A stretch of 64,000 bases of DNA, taken from NCBI RefSeq assembly GCF_963921235.1, contig NC_086108.1, positions 111,912,001 through 111,976,000 on the forward strand. Reading direction: 5' to 3'. The stretch's first letter is position 1. Each line of letters begins with the position of its first letter. The translations under genes and the position numbers were made by a program. The notes beneath the pieces were generated by a model. It was given only the letters and a program-made list of their open reading frames with translations, had not been told where the DNA came from and made no database searches. Below are positions 38,524 through 52,750 of the stretch, in pieces. The stretch comes from Mobula hypostoma (taxonomy: Eukaryota).

Positions 38524-38732
38524 AGTTGTGACTATTGTTCAAGGATGTGAGAGATGAGAGAAAGTAACTTATCCTACAAAGTTACATTCGATAGCACGAA
38601 TTTTGCATCAATATTTCATTGTTACCACATACAGGGAGAGAGAGCGATAGAGAGACAATAGAGCAGTCATTCTCAGCCATGTACAGAGTACTGGAAAGAA
38701 GTCACATTTCTGGTGGAGTTTGTACAGAGAGG
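38524..38732 (+). promoter_or_regulatory. Conserved proximal promoter/5'UTR block of copy B
   Basis: Paralogous to 20826-21040 (minus); directly abuts the ATG. Confidence 0.55.
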
Positions 38733-38885
38733 ATGGTCTGGAGTCTGGAATTGGTGCTAGGTCTGTTCATAACCACACCGTGGATCCACAGTTTCAACAA
38801 GCAACTTTCCGTCGCCTCAGAATGTTTGTGTGATGATCCAAACCTGTGCCGGCCTCTGCGTCGAGAGAATCAGGTCGAAGTCGAG
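38733..38885 (+). CDS. CTBS: CTBS-like copy B, coding exon 1
   Basis: ATG at 38733. Encodes MVWSLELVLGLFITTPWIHSFNKQLSVASECLCDDPNLCRPLRRENQVEVE. Donor GAG|GTGAGT; 153 nt. Confidence 0.88.
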
Positions 38886-39835
38886 GTGAGTGATGAGGCC
38901 TATGAATTCCCGAGGGTAAGTGGTTCTGTGACTCCTTGTCTCCTGGACGGCAATGGGCAGCAACATTTAAATAGGAGCATTGTGAGGGAGCTCCTTCTAT
39001 GTTCAAAGTAAATTTATTACCAAAGTACATGTACTTTGCTATATACTAACCTAAGATTCATTTTCTTGCAGAAATTTACAGGAAAATAAAGAAAAATAAT
39101 AGAATTGTAAAGAGGCCCTAAAAGTTTGTTTATTTATTGAGATACAGCACAGACAGATCCTTCCAGCCCTTTGAGACACGCCACCTAGCTTCCCCCCGAT
39201 TTAACCCGAGCCTAGTCACAGGACAATTTACAATGACTAATTAACCTATTAACCAGTACGTCTTTAGACTGTGGGAGGAGCCTGGAGCTCCTGGAGAAAA
39301 CACGTATTCCATGGGAGGTCGTACAGACTCCTTACAGGTGACATTGGGATTAAACTCCAATCACTGGTGCCCCGCACTGTTGTAGTGTTCTGCTAACTCC
39401 TATGCTACCTCCCAACCCAAGTGAGTCTGTAGGTTGTGGAATCAGATTAGAGTTGTGGCGAGTGAAGTTATTCACTCTGATTCAGGAGCCTGATGGTTGC
39501 AGGGTAATAACTGATCCTGAAACTGATGGTGTGGGACCGAAGGATTCTGTCCTCTCTACAAAATTCAATTCAGGTACGTGGTCAGTGATATTACATTTAA
39601 TTCAGGGCAGGAACGAAAGGCCATTAGATCAGAAGATGTAAGAGTAGAATTAGGCCATCGAGTCTGTTCTTCCATTCCATCGTGACTGATTTATTTACCC
39701 TCTCAATCCCATTCTCCTGCCTTCTCCCCACAACCTATGACACCCATAAGACCATATAGCAAAGGTTCAAAGGTCCAAAGGTCCAATTTAATGTCAGAGA
39801 AATCCTGAAATGCTTTTTCTTCACGAACATCCACA

Positions 39836-41022
39836 AAAAGGCCTTTGACAAGGTGCCACACATGAGGCTACTTAACAAGATAAGAGCCCATGGAATCACG
39901 GGAAAGTTACATACATGGATAGAGCATTGGCTGATTGGCAGGAAACAGAGAGTGGGAATAAAGGGATCCTATTCTGGTTGGCTGCCGGTTACCAGTGGTG
40001 TTCCACAGGGGTCCGTGTTGGGGCCACTTCTTTTTACATTGTACATCAACGATTTGGATTATGGAATAGATGGCTTTGTGGCTAAGTTTACTGATGATAT
40101 GAAGATAGGTGGAGGGGCCGGTAGTGCTGAGGAAACAGAGAGTCTGCGGAGAGACTTGGATAGATTGGAAGAATGGGCAAAGAAGTGGCAAATGAAATAC
40201 AATGTTGGAAAGTGTATGGTTATGCATTTGGCAGAAGAAATAAACGGGCAGACTATTATTTAAATGGGGAAAGAATTCAAAGTTCTGAGATGCAACGGGA
40301 CTTGGGAGTCCTCATGCAGGATACCCTTAAAGTTAACCTCCAGGTTGAGTCGGTAGTGAAGAAGGCGAATGCAATGTTGGCATTCATTTCTAGAGGAATA
40401 GAATATAGGAGCAGGGATGTGATGTTGAGGCTCTATAAGGAGCTGGTGAGACCTCACTTGGAGTACTGTGGGCAGTTTTGGTCTCCTTATTTAAGAAAGG
40501 ATGTGCTGACGTTGGAGAGGGTACAGAGAAGATTCACTAGAATGATTCCGGGAATGAGAGGGTTAACATATGAGGAACGTTTGTCCGCTCGGACTGTATT
40601 CCTTGGAGTTTAGAAGAATGAGGGGAGACCTCATAGAAACATTTTGAATGTTGAAAGGCATGGACAGAGAGGATGTGGCAAAGTTGTTTCCCATGATGGG
40701 GGAGTCTAGTTCGAGAGGGCATGACTTAAGGATTGAAGGGCGCCCATTCAGAACAGAAATGCGAAAAAATTTTTTTAGCCAGAGGACGGTGAGTCTACAG
40801 AATTTGTTGCCACGGGCAGCAGTGGAGGCCAAGTCATTGGGTGTATTTAAGGTAGAGATTGATAGGTATCTGAGTGGCCAGGGCATCAAAGGTTATGGTG
40901 AGAAGGTGGGAGAGTGGGACTAAATGGTAGAATGGATCAGCTCATGATAAAATGGCGGAGCAGACTCGATAGGCCAAATGGCCGACTTCTGCTCCTTTGT
41001 CTTATGGTCTGATGGTCTTATG
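39836..41022 (+). mobile_element. CR1-clade LINE 3' portion (relatively young)
   Basis: SGVPQGSVLGPLLFTLYINDL, KFTDDMK and LYKELVRPHLEYC with few disruptions. Confidence 0.9.
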
Positions 41023-41393
41023 GAAAACAGAGAAGTGCCCCAAAGAATGAACGACAGATAAACTAAGAACTCCAAACCCCCCCAGCTCCCCCCTCTCCCG
41101 CGTGCACGTGGCTGCGAGCAACGATCCCCCTCCCCCCACCAGCAAAACAAAGCAAGCATCGTCACCGAGCACTCAAGCGTGAGCAAAGCAACAGCAAAGA
41201 CACAGACTTGCAGTTACCCCAAAGACTTCGCGTTTCACCCGGCATTCGACATACCACAGGTTCTCTCTCTCCCCAATAAGGGAGAAAAAGGTGTCTCCAT
41301 TTTCCTGTGAGCGGGGAGACATAACAGACAACTCACTGGTTTATGACGTTAAAAACTCCGTTACATCGCTATTTTCGAGCTCTGTATCCAAAG

Positions 41394-42024
41394 ATTAGAT
41401 TAGATTATGAAGACACGTAGTCCTCTTTTATTGTCATTTCGTAATGCATGCATTAAGAAATGATACAATATTTCTTCTGGTGTGATATCACAAAACACAG
41501 GGCAGACCGAGACTGAGAAAACTAACAAAACTACATAATTATAACATGTAGTTACAACAGTGCACAAATACCATAACTTGATGAAGAAGTCCATGAGCAG
41601 AGTAAAAGTTCAAAGTCTCTCAAATGTCCCACATCTCACGCAGACGGGAGAAGGAAGAAAAACTCTCCCTGCCATGTCCGACTCTGTCCAACTCTGAGTC
41701 ATCCGAAAACTTCGAGCTCTGATCAGCTCTCCGACACCGAGTACTGAGCGCCATCTCTGTCCAAAAGATTCGACCTCAACCTCAGTCGCCAACAGCAGGC
41801 AAAGCCGGGGATTTTGAGGCCTACCCTCCGAAAGATTCCCGACCACGCAATAAACACAACGGCGAACGAGCGTTTCAGAAATTTCTCCAGATGTTCCTCT
41901 GTGCTTTCACGTCCCTCTTCATCAAATCAGAATTGTCCACGGCCCCTATTTAACAGATACGATATCATTTTTCACCACAGGGCTGTACACGCGCAGGTGC
42001 GCTGCTCTCTCTCCTCCTGCCATT
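41394..42024 (-). mobile_element. Second copy of the about 650-bp non-autonomous element, nested in another short element (about 41023-42375)
   Basis: Reverse-complement match to 26712-27358; the flanking element also starts AAGATGGCG (about 42372, minus). Confidence 0.65.
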
Positions 42025-42389
42025 TTTAAAGATCGCAAAGATCCCAGGTCTTCGGGCCCACAGTAGATATCCTGACTCTCCCGACGACACAGGGGTCTCC
42101 TGTCGTGACACTGACCCTCAATCCACCTGTCTCCAGAGCCCCGAGATCTTCGGCTTCCAAATCCGAGCCGGACTCTCAGGCCGAACCCTTGGCAACCACC
42201 AGTCCTGAAACCCCGAGAACGGGTCCCATTCCCGCAAGGAACCGAAGTCAGCATGCGACTCCAGATCAGGGTCCTCAAAAGAACCCTGAAAGGGTAAAAT
42301 AAAGATAATAAAGACGGGAATAGAGCTGTTTCCGAAGACGCAAGCAAAAGAGTCACCGTTTAGCGCCATCTTAACTCCGCCTTCATTTG

Positions 42390-43830
42390 GAGCAGAATGA
42401 GGCCATCTGGCCCATCGAGTCTGTTCCACTATTCAATCATGGCTGATCCTTTTTCTATCTCCTCCTCAACCCCAGTTCCCGGCCTTCTCCTGGCCTCCAC
42501 AGCTGCATGTGGCAACAAATTCCAAAATTCATCACCCTTTGGCAACAAGGCCATCTATTCCATCATCTAAATCATTTATATACAACATAAAAAATAACAG
42601 TCCCAACACTGACCCCTGCGGAACACCACTAGTCACTGGCAGCCAACCAGAAAAGCATCCTTTTATTCCCACACACTGCCTCCTACCAATCAGCCAATGC
42701 TCGAAACATGTTAGTAACTTTCCTGTAATACCATGGGCTCTTAACTTGCTAAGCAGCCTTATGTGTGGCACCTTGTCAAAGGCCTTCTGAAAGTCCAAAT
42801 ATACAACAACCACTGCCTCCCCTTTACCTATCCTACTTGTAATCTCCTCAAAGAGTCCAACAGGTTCATCAGGCAGGACTTTCCCTTAAGGAAACCATGC
42901 TGACTTTGCACCATCTTGTCCTGTTTTACCACGTACTCCATCACCTCGTCCTTAACAATTGACTCTGACATCTTCCCAAACACTGAGGTCAGGCTAAATG
43001 GTCTATAATTTCCTTTCTTAAAGATTGGAGGAACATTTTCAATTTTCCAGTCCTCTGGCACCCCTACTAATCTTACTAAATTGATGAAGACAAGGAAGTG
43101 AATGATTTTATCAAGGCCTTGGACAAGGTCTCACATGGGAGGTTGATCAAGAAGCTTCAGTTGCTTGGCACTCAGAATGAGGTAGTAAATTGGATGAAAC
43201 ATTGGCCTTGTGGGAGAAGCCAGAGAGTTGGTTGTAAGATAGTTGTCTCTCTGACTGGACATCTGTGTCAAATGGTGTGCTGAAGGGATTGGTACCGTGT
43301 CTGTGGTTGTTTGTCATCTATGTCAATGATCTGGATGATAATGTGGTGAACTGGATTAACAAATTAGCCAAGATTGGGGGCATCATGGGCAATGAGGAGG
43401 ACTATAGAAACTTGTACTGGGATCTGAACAGGCTGAAAAAATGGCGGCTGGAATTTAATGCAGACAAGTGTGAGATGTTGCAGTTTGGGAGGGCAAACTG
43501 TTGAGTTGGATTTGCAGAGTGAGTGGCAGGGCACCGAGGATTATGGTACAGCAGAACTTCTATGAATACATATCCACAATTCCTTTAAAGTGTTGTCACA
43601 GTTAGGTAGCATCATAAAGAGAGCTTTTAGCAGGTTGGCCTTCGTAAATAGAGTATTGAGTACCAGAGATGGGATGTATTATTGAAGTCAGTAAATAGAG
43701 TATTGAGTACCGGAGTTGGGATGTAATATTGAAGTGTATAAGGCATTGTGAGGCCTAATTTGGAGTATAAAGTACAGTTCTGGTTCTACCTACAGGAAAG
43801 AAATCATTAAGATTAATAGAGTCCAGACTA
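42390..43830. mobile_element. CR1-clade fragments (42390-43062 minus; 43085-43830 plus)
   Basis: YLDFQKAFDKVPH and PEDWKIENV..NYRP on minus; KALDKVSHG and VIYVNDLD on plus. Confidence 0.8.
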
Positions 43831-44109
43831 GATGGGCCGAAGGACCAGTTGCTGGTCTGTAGTGTTCTATCACTCAATAACTAATCAAGAATCTATCATC
43901 CTCTGCTCTAAATATACCCAACAACCTGGCCTCCACAGCCGCCTGTGTCTACAGATTCGCCACCCTCTGGCTAAAGAAATTTGTGGGGGCAGGGTCATCC
44001 ATGTAAGCCTCCTCACAACCCTCTCCAATGCCAGGACAATCTTTCTTAGATATGGGGCTGAAGTCTGCTCACAATACTCCAGATGCAGTCAGACCAATGC
44101 CTAAGAAAG

Positions 44110-44625
44110 CCTCAGCATCAGCGCCTCTTTCTCCTCGGACGGTTGAAGAAGTTTGGTACGGGCCCCCAATTTCTAAGAACTTTCTATAGGGGCACAATTG
44201 AGAGCATTCTGATGGCTGCTTCACTGCCTGGTATGGGAACTGTACTTCCTTCAATCGCAGGACTCTGCAGAGAGTGGTGCGGACAGCCCAGTGCATCTGT
44301 CGTTGTGAACTTCCCACTATTCAGAACATTTACAAAGACAGGTGTATAAAAAGGGCCCGAAAATTCATTGGGGCCCCAAGTTACCCTAACCACAAACTGT
44401 TCCAGCTGCTACCATCCGGGAAACGGTACCGCAGCGTAAAAGCCAGGACCAACGGGCTCCGGGACAGCTTCTTCCACCAGGCCAGCAGACTGATTAACTC
44501 ATGCTGATACAATTATATTTCTATGTTATATTGACTATCAAGTTATGCATACTATTTACAATAAGTTATTATAAATTGCATATTTAGACAGAGACGTAAC
44601 GTAAAGATTTTTAATCCTAATGTAT
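44110..44625 (+). mobile_element. Rex1/Babar-like LINE 3' fragment (same family as 28245-29282)
   Basis: QRLFLLGRLKKFG..FYRGTIESIL and LLPSGKRYRSV. Confidence 0.8.
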
Positions 44626-44627
44626 AT

Positions 44628-47600
44628 AGAAACATAGAAAACTACAGCACAATACAGGCCTTTCGGCCCACAATGCTGTGTTCAACATATACTAACTTTA
44701 GAAATTACCTAGGGTTTCCCATAGCCCTCTGTTTCTCTAAGCTCAATGTACCTTTCCAGGAGTCTCTTAAAAGACCCTACTGTATCCGCCTCCACCACCG
44801 TCACCAGCAGCCCATTCCATGCACTCACCACTCTCTGCGTAAAAAAACATGCCGCTGACCCTGGTCTCCTCTGTACCTACCTCAAAGCACCTTAACACTG
44901 TGCCCTCTCTTGTTAGCCATTTCAGCCCAGGGAAAAAGCCTCTGACGATCCACACGATCAATGCCTCTCATCATCTTGTACTCCTCTATCAGGTCACCTC
45001 TCATCCCCCGTCACTCCAAGGAGAAAAGGCCAAGTTCACTCAAACTATTCTCATAAGGTACGCTCCCCAATCCAGGCAAAATCCTTGCAAATCTCCTCTG
45101 CACCCTTTCTATGGTTTCCACATCCTTCCTGTAGTGAGGTAACCAGAACTGAGCACAGTACTCAAAGTGAGGTCTGACAAGAAAGTAAGGAGGCATAGGA
45201 TGCAAGGGGACCTTACTTTGTGGATCCAGAATTGGCTTGCCCACAGAAGGCAAAGAGTGGTTGTAGATGGGTCATATTCTGCATGGAGGTCAGTGACCAG
45301 TGGTGTGCCTCTGGGATCTGTTCTGGGACTCTTTCTCTTCGTGATTTTTATAAAAGACCTGGATAAGGAAGTGGATGGATGAGTTAGTAAATTTGCTGAT
45401 GACACAAGGTTCGGGGTGTTGTGGATAGTGGCAGATGGAGTTCAACCCGGATAAGTGTGAGGTGGTTCATTTTGGTAGGTCAAATATGATGGCAGAATAT
45501 AGACTCTTGGCAGTGTGGAGGATCAGAGAGATCCATAGGACATTCAAAGCAGCTGCGCAGGTTGACCATGTGGTTAAGAAGGCATACGGTGCATTGGACT
45601 TCATTAACCGTGGGATTGAGTTCAAGAGCTGAGAGGTAATGTTACAGCTATATAGGATCTCAATAAGCCTTGCATGGGGCACCTTATCAAATGCCTTGAA
45701 ATTCATATACACGACATCTACAGCTCTACCTTCATCAATGTGTTTAGTCACAGTCTCAAAAAATTCAATGAGCCTCGTAAGGCATGAGCTGCCCTTGACA
45801 AAGCCATGCTGACTATTCCTAATCATATTATGCCTCTCCAAATGTTCATAAATCCTGCCTCTCAGGATCTTCTCCAACAACTTACCAACCACTGAAGTAA
45901 GACTCACTGGTCTATAATTTCCTGGGCTATCTCTACTCCTTTTCTTGAGCAAGGGAACAACATCTGCAACCCTCCAATCCTCCGGAACCTCTCCCGTCCC
46001 ATTGATGATGCAAAGATCATTGCCAGAGTCTCAGCAATCTCCTCCCTTGCCTTCCACAATAGCCTGGGGTATATCCCGTCCGGTCCTGGTGACTTATCCA
46101 ACTTCATGCTTTCCAAAAGCTCCAGCACATCCTCCTTTTTAATGTCTATATGCTCAAGCTTTTCAGTCTGCTGTAAGAGACAGCTAGATAGGTATATGGA
46201 GGAATTTAAGTTGGGGGATTATATGGGAGGTAGGGTTTAAGGGTCGGCACAACATTATGGGCCGAAGGACCTTTACTGTGCTGTACTATTCTATGTTCTA
46301 TGTTCTATCCTGACAATCACCAAGGTCCTTTTCCGTCGTGAATACTGCAGCAAAGTATTCATTAAGTACCTCCGCTATCTCCTCCGGTTCCATACACACT
46401 TTTCCACTGTCACAGTTGATTGGTCCTATTCTCTCACATCTTATCCTCTTGCTTTTCTCATAACTGTAGAATGCCTTGGGGCTTTCCTAAATCCTCCTCA
46501 TCAAGGCCTTCTCATGGCCCCTTCTGGCTCTCTTAATTTCAATCTTAAACTCCTTCCTGCTAGCCTTATCATTTTCGAGATCTCTATTATTACCTTTTTT
46601 TAACCTTTCGTAAGCTTTTCTTTACTTCTTGACTAGATTTTCAACAGCCTTTGCACACCACGGTTCCTGTATCCTTCCATCCTTTCCCTGTCTCATTGGA
46701 ACGTAACTATGCAGAACGCCGCACAAATATCCCCTGAATATTTGTCACATTTCTGCCATACATTTCCTTGAGAACATCTGTTCCTAATTTATGCATCCAA
46801 GTTCCTGCCTGATAGCTTCATATTTCCCCTTACTCCAATTTCCTAACTTGTCTGTTCCTATCCCTCTCCAATGCTATGGTAAAGGAGATAGAATTGTGAT
46901 CACTATCTCCAAAATGCTCTCCCACTGACACCTGACCAGGTTCAATTCCCAATACTAGATCAAGTACAGCCTCTCCTCCTGTAGGCTTATCTACATATTG
47001 TGTCGAGACACCTTCCTGAACACACATAACAAACTCCACCCCATCTGAACCTCTTGCTCTGGGGAGATGCTAATCAATATTTGGGAAATTAAGATCTCCC
47101 ACCATGACAAACAAAGGTGTCCTTTCTGGAATCTGTCTCCCTTTCTGCTCCTCGATGTCCCTGTTTCTATTGGGTGGTCTATGAAAAACACCCAGTTGAG
47201 TTATTGACCCTTTCTTGTTCTTAATTTCCACCCACAGAGACTCCGTAGACAATCCCTCCACGCTTTCCTCCTTTTCTGCAGCCCTGATGCTATCTCTGAT
47301 CAGCAGTGCTACGCCCCCACCTCTTTTGCCTCCCTCCCTGTCCTTTCTGAAACATCTAACACCTGGCACTCTAAGTGGCCATTCCTGCCCCTGCATTCCA
47401 TTCCTGCATCCAAGTCTCTGTAACGGCCACATCATAGCTCCAAGTATTAATCCACGCTCTAAGCTCATCCGCTTTGTTCATGATGCTTCTTGCATTAAAA
47501 TAGACTCGTCTCAAACCATCAGTCTGAGCGCATCCCTTCTCTATCACCTGCTTATCCTCCCGCTCACACTGTCTACAAGCTTTCTCGATTTGTGAGCCAA

Positions 47601-47750
47601 CCATCCCTTCCTCTGTCTCTTCAGTTTGGTTCCCATACCCCAGCAATTCTAATTTAAACTCTCCCCAATAGCCTCAGCAAACCTCCCCCCCAGGATATTG
47701 GTCCCCCTCAGATTCAAGTGCAACCTGTCCTTTTTGTGCAGGGCATGTCT
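44628..47750. mobile_element. Rearranged CR1-clade LINE pieces: 3' end minus (44628-45178), RT plus (45175-45657), endonuclease/RT minus (45660-47750)
   Basis: APE endonuclease motifs NARSIMNK, VAVTETW, RGGGVALLIR and VGDLNFP; RT motifs KSPGPDGIYP and NYRPVSLTS. Confidence 0.85.
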
Positions 47751-49729
47751 GGCCAAAAGAAGGATGTATGAAGGTAATAAATTTAATTAATTCAATTCGA
47801 GCATTACATCCTTGCTCTTGTATTCAAGTCCTCTCAAAATGAATGCCAAGGAATTGCATTTGCCTTCCTCACCTCCGATCAAACAGCAGATTAACCTTTA
47901 GGAAATCCTGCACGTGGAGTCTCAAATCCCTTGACACCTTTGATTTCTGAATTAGCCCCCCATTTAGAAAACTGTCTGTGCCTTTATTCCTTCTACCAAA
48001 GTGCATGAACACGCACTTCCCTACACCGTATTCCATCTGGCGCTTCTTCACCCATTCTCTTAATCTTCCTTCTGCAGACTGTGCTTCTTCAAAAGTCAGC
48101 AAAATAATCTGCAGGTTGAATGCGTCTACCGCCAACTCGACCTCAGACCCAGGAGAAAAGTATATTCATTAATGATATTAGGGGAGAATGGGGTGTCCAG
48201 GGAGGGGTAGCTCCTCTGGTGAAGGGGGTTGTCGTGTCCATTCTGGGGCACAGCACTTACTTTTGGTGCCACTAAACAGTCAGCTCACACCTACGGTGCA
48301 GGAAGCTGTTTGCATGGGAGGGGCCACACCGCTTTGAGTGGTGGCTAAACAAGGTGAGGGCAGCTGGTGGGCCTCATACCCCAGTGAGGTAGACATATGT
48401 TTGTCCTAGCATGTGAAGTCAGCTCTGGCGGACTGGGTGGATGGGATTCAATAGCCAGGGAGACGATCCTGCAGCGCTCCGTGGAGAGTGAAGGTCCTGA
48501 CGAGGTACAGAAGTCATGGTCATCCACTGCAACCAAGGAATACTCCAACTGAGACGACTACTTGTACCAGTGGACCCGGACTTCTGAAGTCGAGAGGGTG
48601 GAACTATTCCCGTGTTTCCACTTTAAAAACTCTCCTGCACAGGCCTCCTGTCATCATTGGATATGCCGGAAAACCAATAATTTTACAATGAACTACTTCA
48701 GTACATGAAGTAATTCGGAAGCAGATATGAACGTGGCATTGAAGAGGCTGTTAGATAGACACATAGAGGGAAATGAATCATGTGCAGACCGTAGAGATGT
48801 AGCTGGATTCGGCTTCATGTTTGGGGTAGATATTGTGGGCTGAAGGGCCTGTTTCTGCGCTGTACCGTTCTCTGTTCAGTGTTAAAAGTTCAAAACCTTC
48901 AAAGTAAATTGATGATCAAAAATAAATGTCACCATACACGACATTTTCCTGAAGGCGTTTGCAGAAAAACAGAAATGCAGTATAAGGGAATTTATGAAAA
49001 CTATGCATAAACAAAGACTGATAAACAACCAATGTGCAAAAGAAGACAAATTCTATAAATAAAAACAAATACAAGTTACTGGGAACATGAGTTGTAGAGT
49101 CCTTGAGAGTGAGTCTGTAGGTTGTGGAACAGTTCAGTGTTGAGTTGAGTGAGATTACTCATGTTGGTTTGGGAGTCTGATGGTTGAGAGGTAATAACTG
49201 TCCCTGAACCTGGTAGTGTGGGACCTGAGGCTCCTGTATCTCCTTCCTGATGGTTGAGGGGCATTAGCTGTTTCTGAACCTGGTGGTGTGGGACACAAGG
49301 ATCCTGTACCTCCTTCCTGTGGGAAGAGCTCTTGAATGGATAGAGGGGGTCCTTGATGATAGATGCTGCTTTCTTGTGGCAGTGCTCCTCGAAGATGTGC
49401 CCAGTGATGGGGAGGGCTGTGATTGACTGGGCTGTAATCCACCACCATCTTTAGATTTATCTGTTCCTGGGTATTGGTATCTCTATACTAGGCCATGAGG
49501 CAACCAGTCAGTATACTCTGCACTGTGCATCTATAGACATTTGACAAAGTTTTAGATAACTTGCTGAATCTGTGCAAACTTCTAAGAAAGTAGAGGTGCT
49601 GCCGTGCCTTCTTTGTAAAGACCTTCTTGTAATTGTTCTTTGTAATGCTATATGCTATGCAAATCTATATTATTGTATGAGACTTTGATGTTTCCATTAC
49701 CTCAGGTGGCAGTTTTATTTTTATTCAAG

Positions 49730-49868
49730 GTATTTGCCTTTCACCTGGACGAGAGCGATTGGAATCATTACGACTGGTCGAAGATCACAACAATTGTAGT
49801 CACTGTACAAACTGAACTGGAGGCTGTTTGTACTGCTCATGCAAATAACGCTCGAATTGTCTTGAAAG
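49730..49868 (+). CDS. CTBS: CTBS-like copy B, exon 2
   Basis: ttcaag|GTA...AAAG|gtacag; 139 nt. Encodes VFAFHLDESDWNHYDWSKITTIVVTVQTELEAVCTAHANNARIVLK(G). Confidence 0.9.
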
Positions 49869-50434
49869 GTACAGTAACTCATTTTATCACAGCCGAGAGA
49901 GTGAATAGTTTGTGATTAACATCTATAGATCTAAATGGTTAATTAGGGTAGAACTCAGGAATGGGAAGGGTGCAATCACAGGCATCGATCAGACCACACA
50001 TGATGTATTGTGAGCAGTTTTGGGTTCTCTATCTGAGAAGGGATGTGCTGATACTGGAGAGGGTGCAGAGGAGGTCCACGAGAATGATCCCTGGAATTAC
50101 TGGTTTACTGTATGAGGAACATTTGATGAATCTGAGCCTTTAGTTGCTGGAGTTTAGAAGAATGAAGGGGGATCTTATTGAAACTTCCTGAATATTGAAA
50201 TGCCCAGACAGAGTGGATGGAGAGAATGTTTCCTATATTTGGGGAGCCTAAGAGCTGACAGCACAGTTTTAGAACAGAGAGACATTCATTTAGAACAGAT
50301 ATGAGGAAGAATTCCCTGAGCCAGAGTGGCAAATCTGTGGAATTCATTGCCACAGATGCAAAGTCATTGGGTATGTTTAAAGTGGAGGTTGATATGTTCT
50401 CGATTAGTCAGGGCATTAAAGGTTAAGGGGAGAA

Positions 50435-51455
50435 GATTCAAAGATTCAAAGATTCAAAAAACTTTGTCATTCTAACCGTACATCAGCTCTGCAGGGCAGA
50501 ATGAGACAGCGTTTCTCAGGGGCAGTGCAATCATAACATAACAAACGCAACACTAAATAATAAGCATAACAATAAATAGTAAAACACAACAGCCACATGT
50601 CAGTTAAAATCAGTTATAAGTGTCCAGTGCAAGTTAAAAGTGTCCAAAGCAGAGTCAGGTGGAGCAGCTATTTAGCAGTCTGACTGCCTGTGGGAGGAAG
50701 CTGTTTAGTAGCCTTGTGGTTTTAGTGTTGATGCTCCTGTAACGTTTGCCTGATGGCCGAAGAACAAACAGTTCATGGAGAGGGTGTGAGGGGTCTTTAA
50801 TGATGTACCATGTCTTCTGGAGGCATCGACTCTGAAAGAGATCTTGGACAGAAGGTAGGGAGACCCCAATAACCTTCTCTGCTCCCCTAACCACCCTCTG
50901 CAAGGCTTTTTTGTCAACAGAACTGCAGCTGGAGTACCAAGTTGTGATGCAAATGGTCAGCACACTCTCAACCACGCCTCTGTAGAATGTAGTTAAGATG
51001 TTAGTGGGGAGTGATGCTTGTTTAAGCTTCCTCAGAAAGTGCAATCTCTGCTGGGCCCATTTCACAATCCCAGTGGTGTTCCTGGACCAGGTGAGATTGT
51101 CCGAGATCTGCACCCCAAGGAACTTGATGTTTTCCACTCTCTCCACTGTGGAGCCGCTGATGCTGAGGGGTGTGTGCTCAGGCTGAGACCGTCTGAAATT
51201 GACGATCATCTCCTTGGTTTTGGTGACATTAAGCATCAAGTTGTTATCCCTGCACCAGCTGTATAGGTGTTTGACCTCCTCCCTGTACATAGTTTCATCA
51301 TTTTTGCCTGATGAGCCCACCACTGTGGTATCATCTGCAAATTTAATGATCAGGTTCTCCTTCAATCTGGCTGCACAGTCATATGTTAGCAGTGTAAACA
51401 GCAGTGGGCTAAGCATACAGCCTTGTGGGGATCCAGTGCTCAGTGTGATGGAGTC
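50435..51455 (-). mobile_element. Rex1/Babar-like LINE, uninterrupted 3' ORF (253 aa)
   Basis: PQGCMLSPLLFTL, KFADDTTVVG, KTKEMIVNFRR, QQRLHFLRKL and PSGKRYRSI; short tandem-repeat tail at about 50435-50458. Confidence 0.88.
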
Positions 51456-51797
51456 AGAGTTTCATCATTTGAGAAGGCAAGAGAATGGAGTTGGGATGGA
51501 TCCTATATCAACTGTGGATTGACAGAGCAGACTGGAATGGCTAAATGGCTTAATTCTGCTCCAGTGTGTATGTCTTATGTTTTAACACCAATTCTGTCTT
51601 GCAATACATTCAAGAGTTCTAGAGCCACGAAGTAATGTTGAAGCTGTATAAAGCTCTGGTTAGACGACACTTGGAGTATTGCATTCAGTTCCAGTCACCT
51701 CACTAAAGGAAAAATATGGAAGCTTTAGAGAGGGTATAGAGGAGATTTACCAGGATGCTGTCTGGACTAACATACATGCCAGATGAGGATAGGCTGA

Positions 51798-52750
51798 GGT
51801 GAGTGTGGCTAAGCATAGCTCAACCACCATCTATAAATTTACTGACAATACAATCATCGTTGGTAGAATCTCAGGTGGTAACGAGAGGGCATACAGGAGT
51901 GAGATATGCCAACTAGTGGAGTGGTGCCACAGCAACAACCTGGCACTCAGTGTCAGTAAGATGAAAGAGCTGATTGTGGACTTCAGGAAGGGCAAGACAA
52001 AGGATCACATACCAATCCTCATAGAGGGATCAGAAGTGGAGAGAGTGAGCAGTTTCAAGCTCCTGGGTGTCAAGATCTCTGAAAATCTAACCTGGTCCCA
52101 ACATATCGATGCAGTTATAAAGAAGGCAAGATTGCAAGACAGCAGCTATACTTCATTAGGAGTCTGAAGAAATTTGGTATGTCAACAAATACACTCAAAA
52201 ACTTCTACAGATGTACTGTGGAGAGCATTCTGACAGTCTACATCACTGTTTGGTGTGGAGGGGCTATTGCACAGGACCAAAACAAGCTGCAGAAGGTTGT
52301 AAATCTAGTCAGCTCCATCTTGGGCACTAGCCTACAAAGTACCCAGGACATCTTGAAGGAGCAGTGTCTCAGAAAGGCAGCGTCCATTATTAAGGACCTC
52401 CAGCACCCAGGGCATGCCCTTTTCTCACTGTTACCATCAGGTAGGAGGTACAGAAGCCTGAAGGCACACACTCAGCGATTCAGGAACAGCTTCTTCCCCT
52501 CTGCCATTTGATTTCTAAATGGACGTTGAATCTTTGGACACTACCTCACTTTTTTTAATATGCAGTATTTTGTATATTTTTTAAATCTATTCAATATACA
52601 TAATTGATTTACTTGTTTATTTATTATTATTACTCTTTTTATTTTTTTTATTTTTTCTCTGCTATATGATGTATTGCATTGAACTGCTGCTGCTAAGTTA
52701 ACAAATTTCACACCACATGCCGGCGAGATTAAACCTGATTCTGATTCTGA
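51798..52750 (+). mobile_element. Rex1/Babar-like LINE 3' portion nested in a CR1 fragment
   Basis: IYKFTDNT, KELIVDFRK, FYRCTVESIL and LLPSGRRYRSLK; (GATTCT)n tail; CR1 sequence resumes at 52751. Confidence 0.85.
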
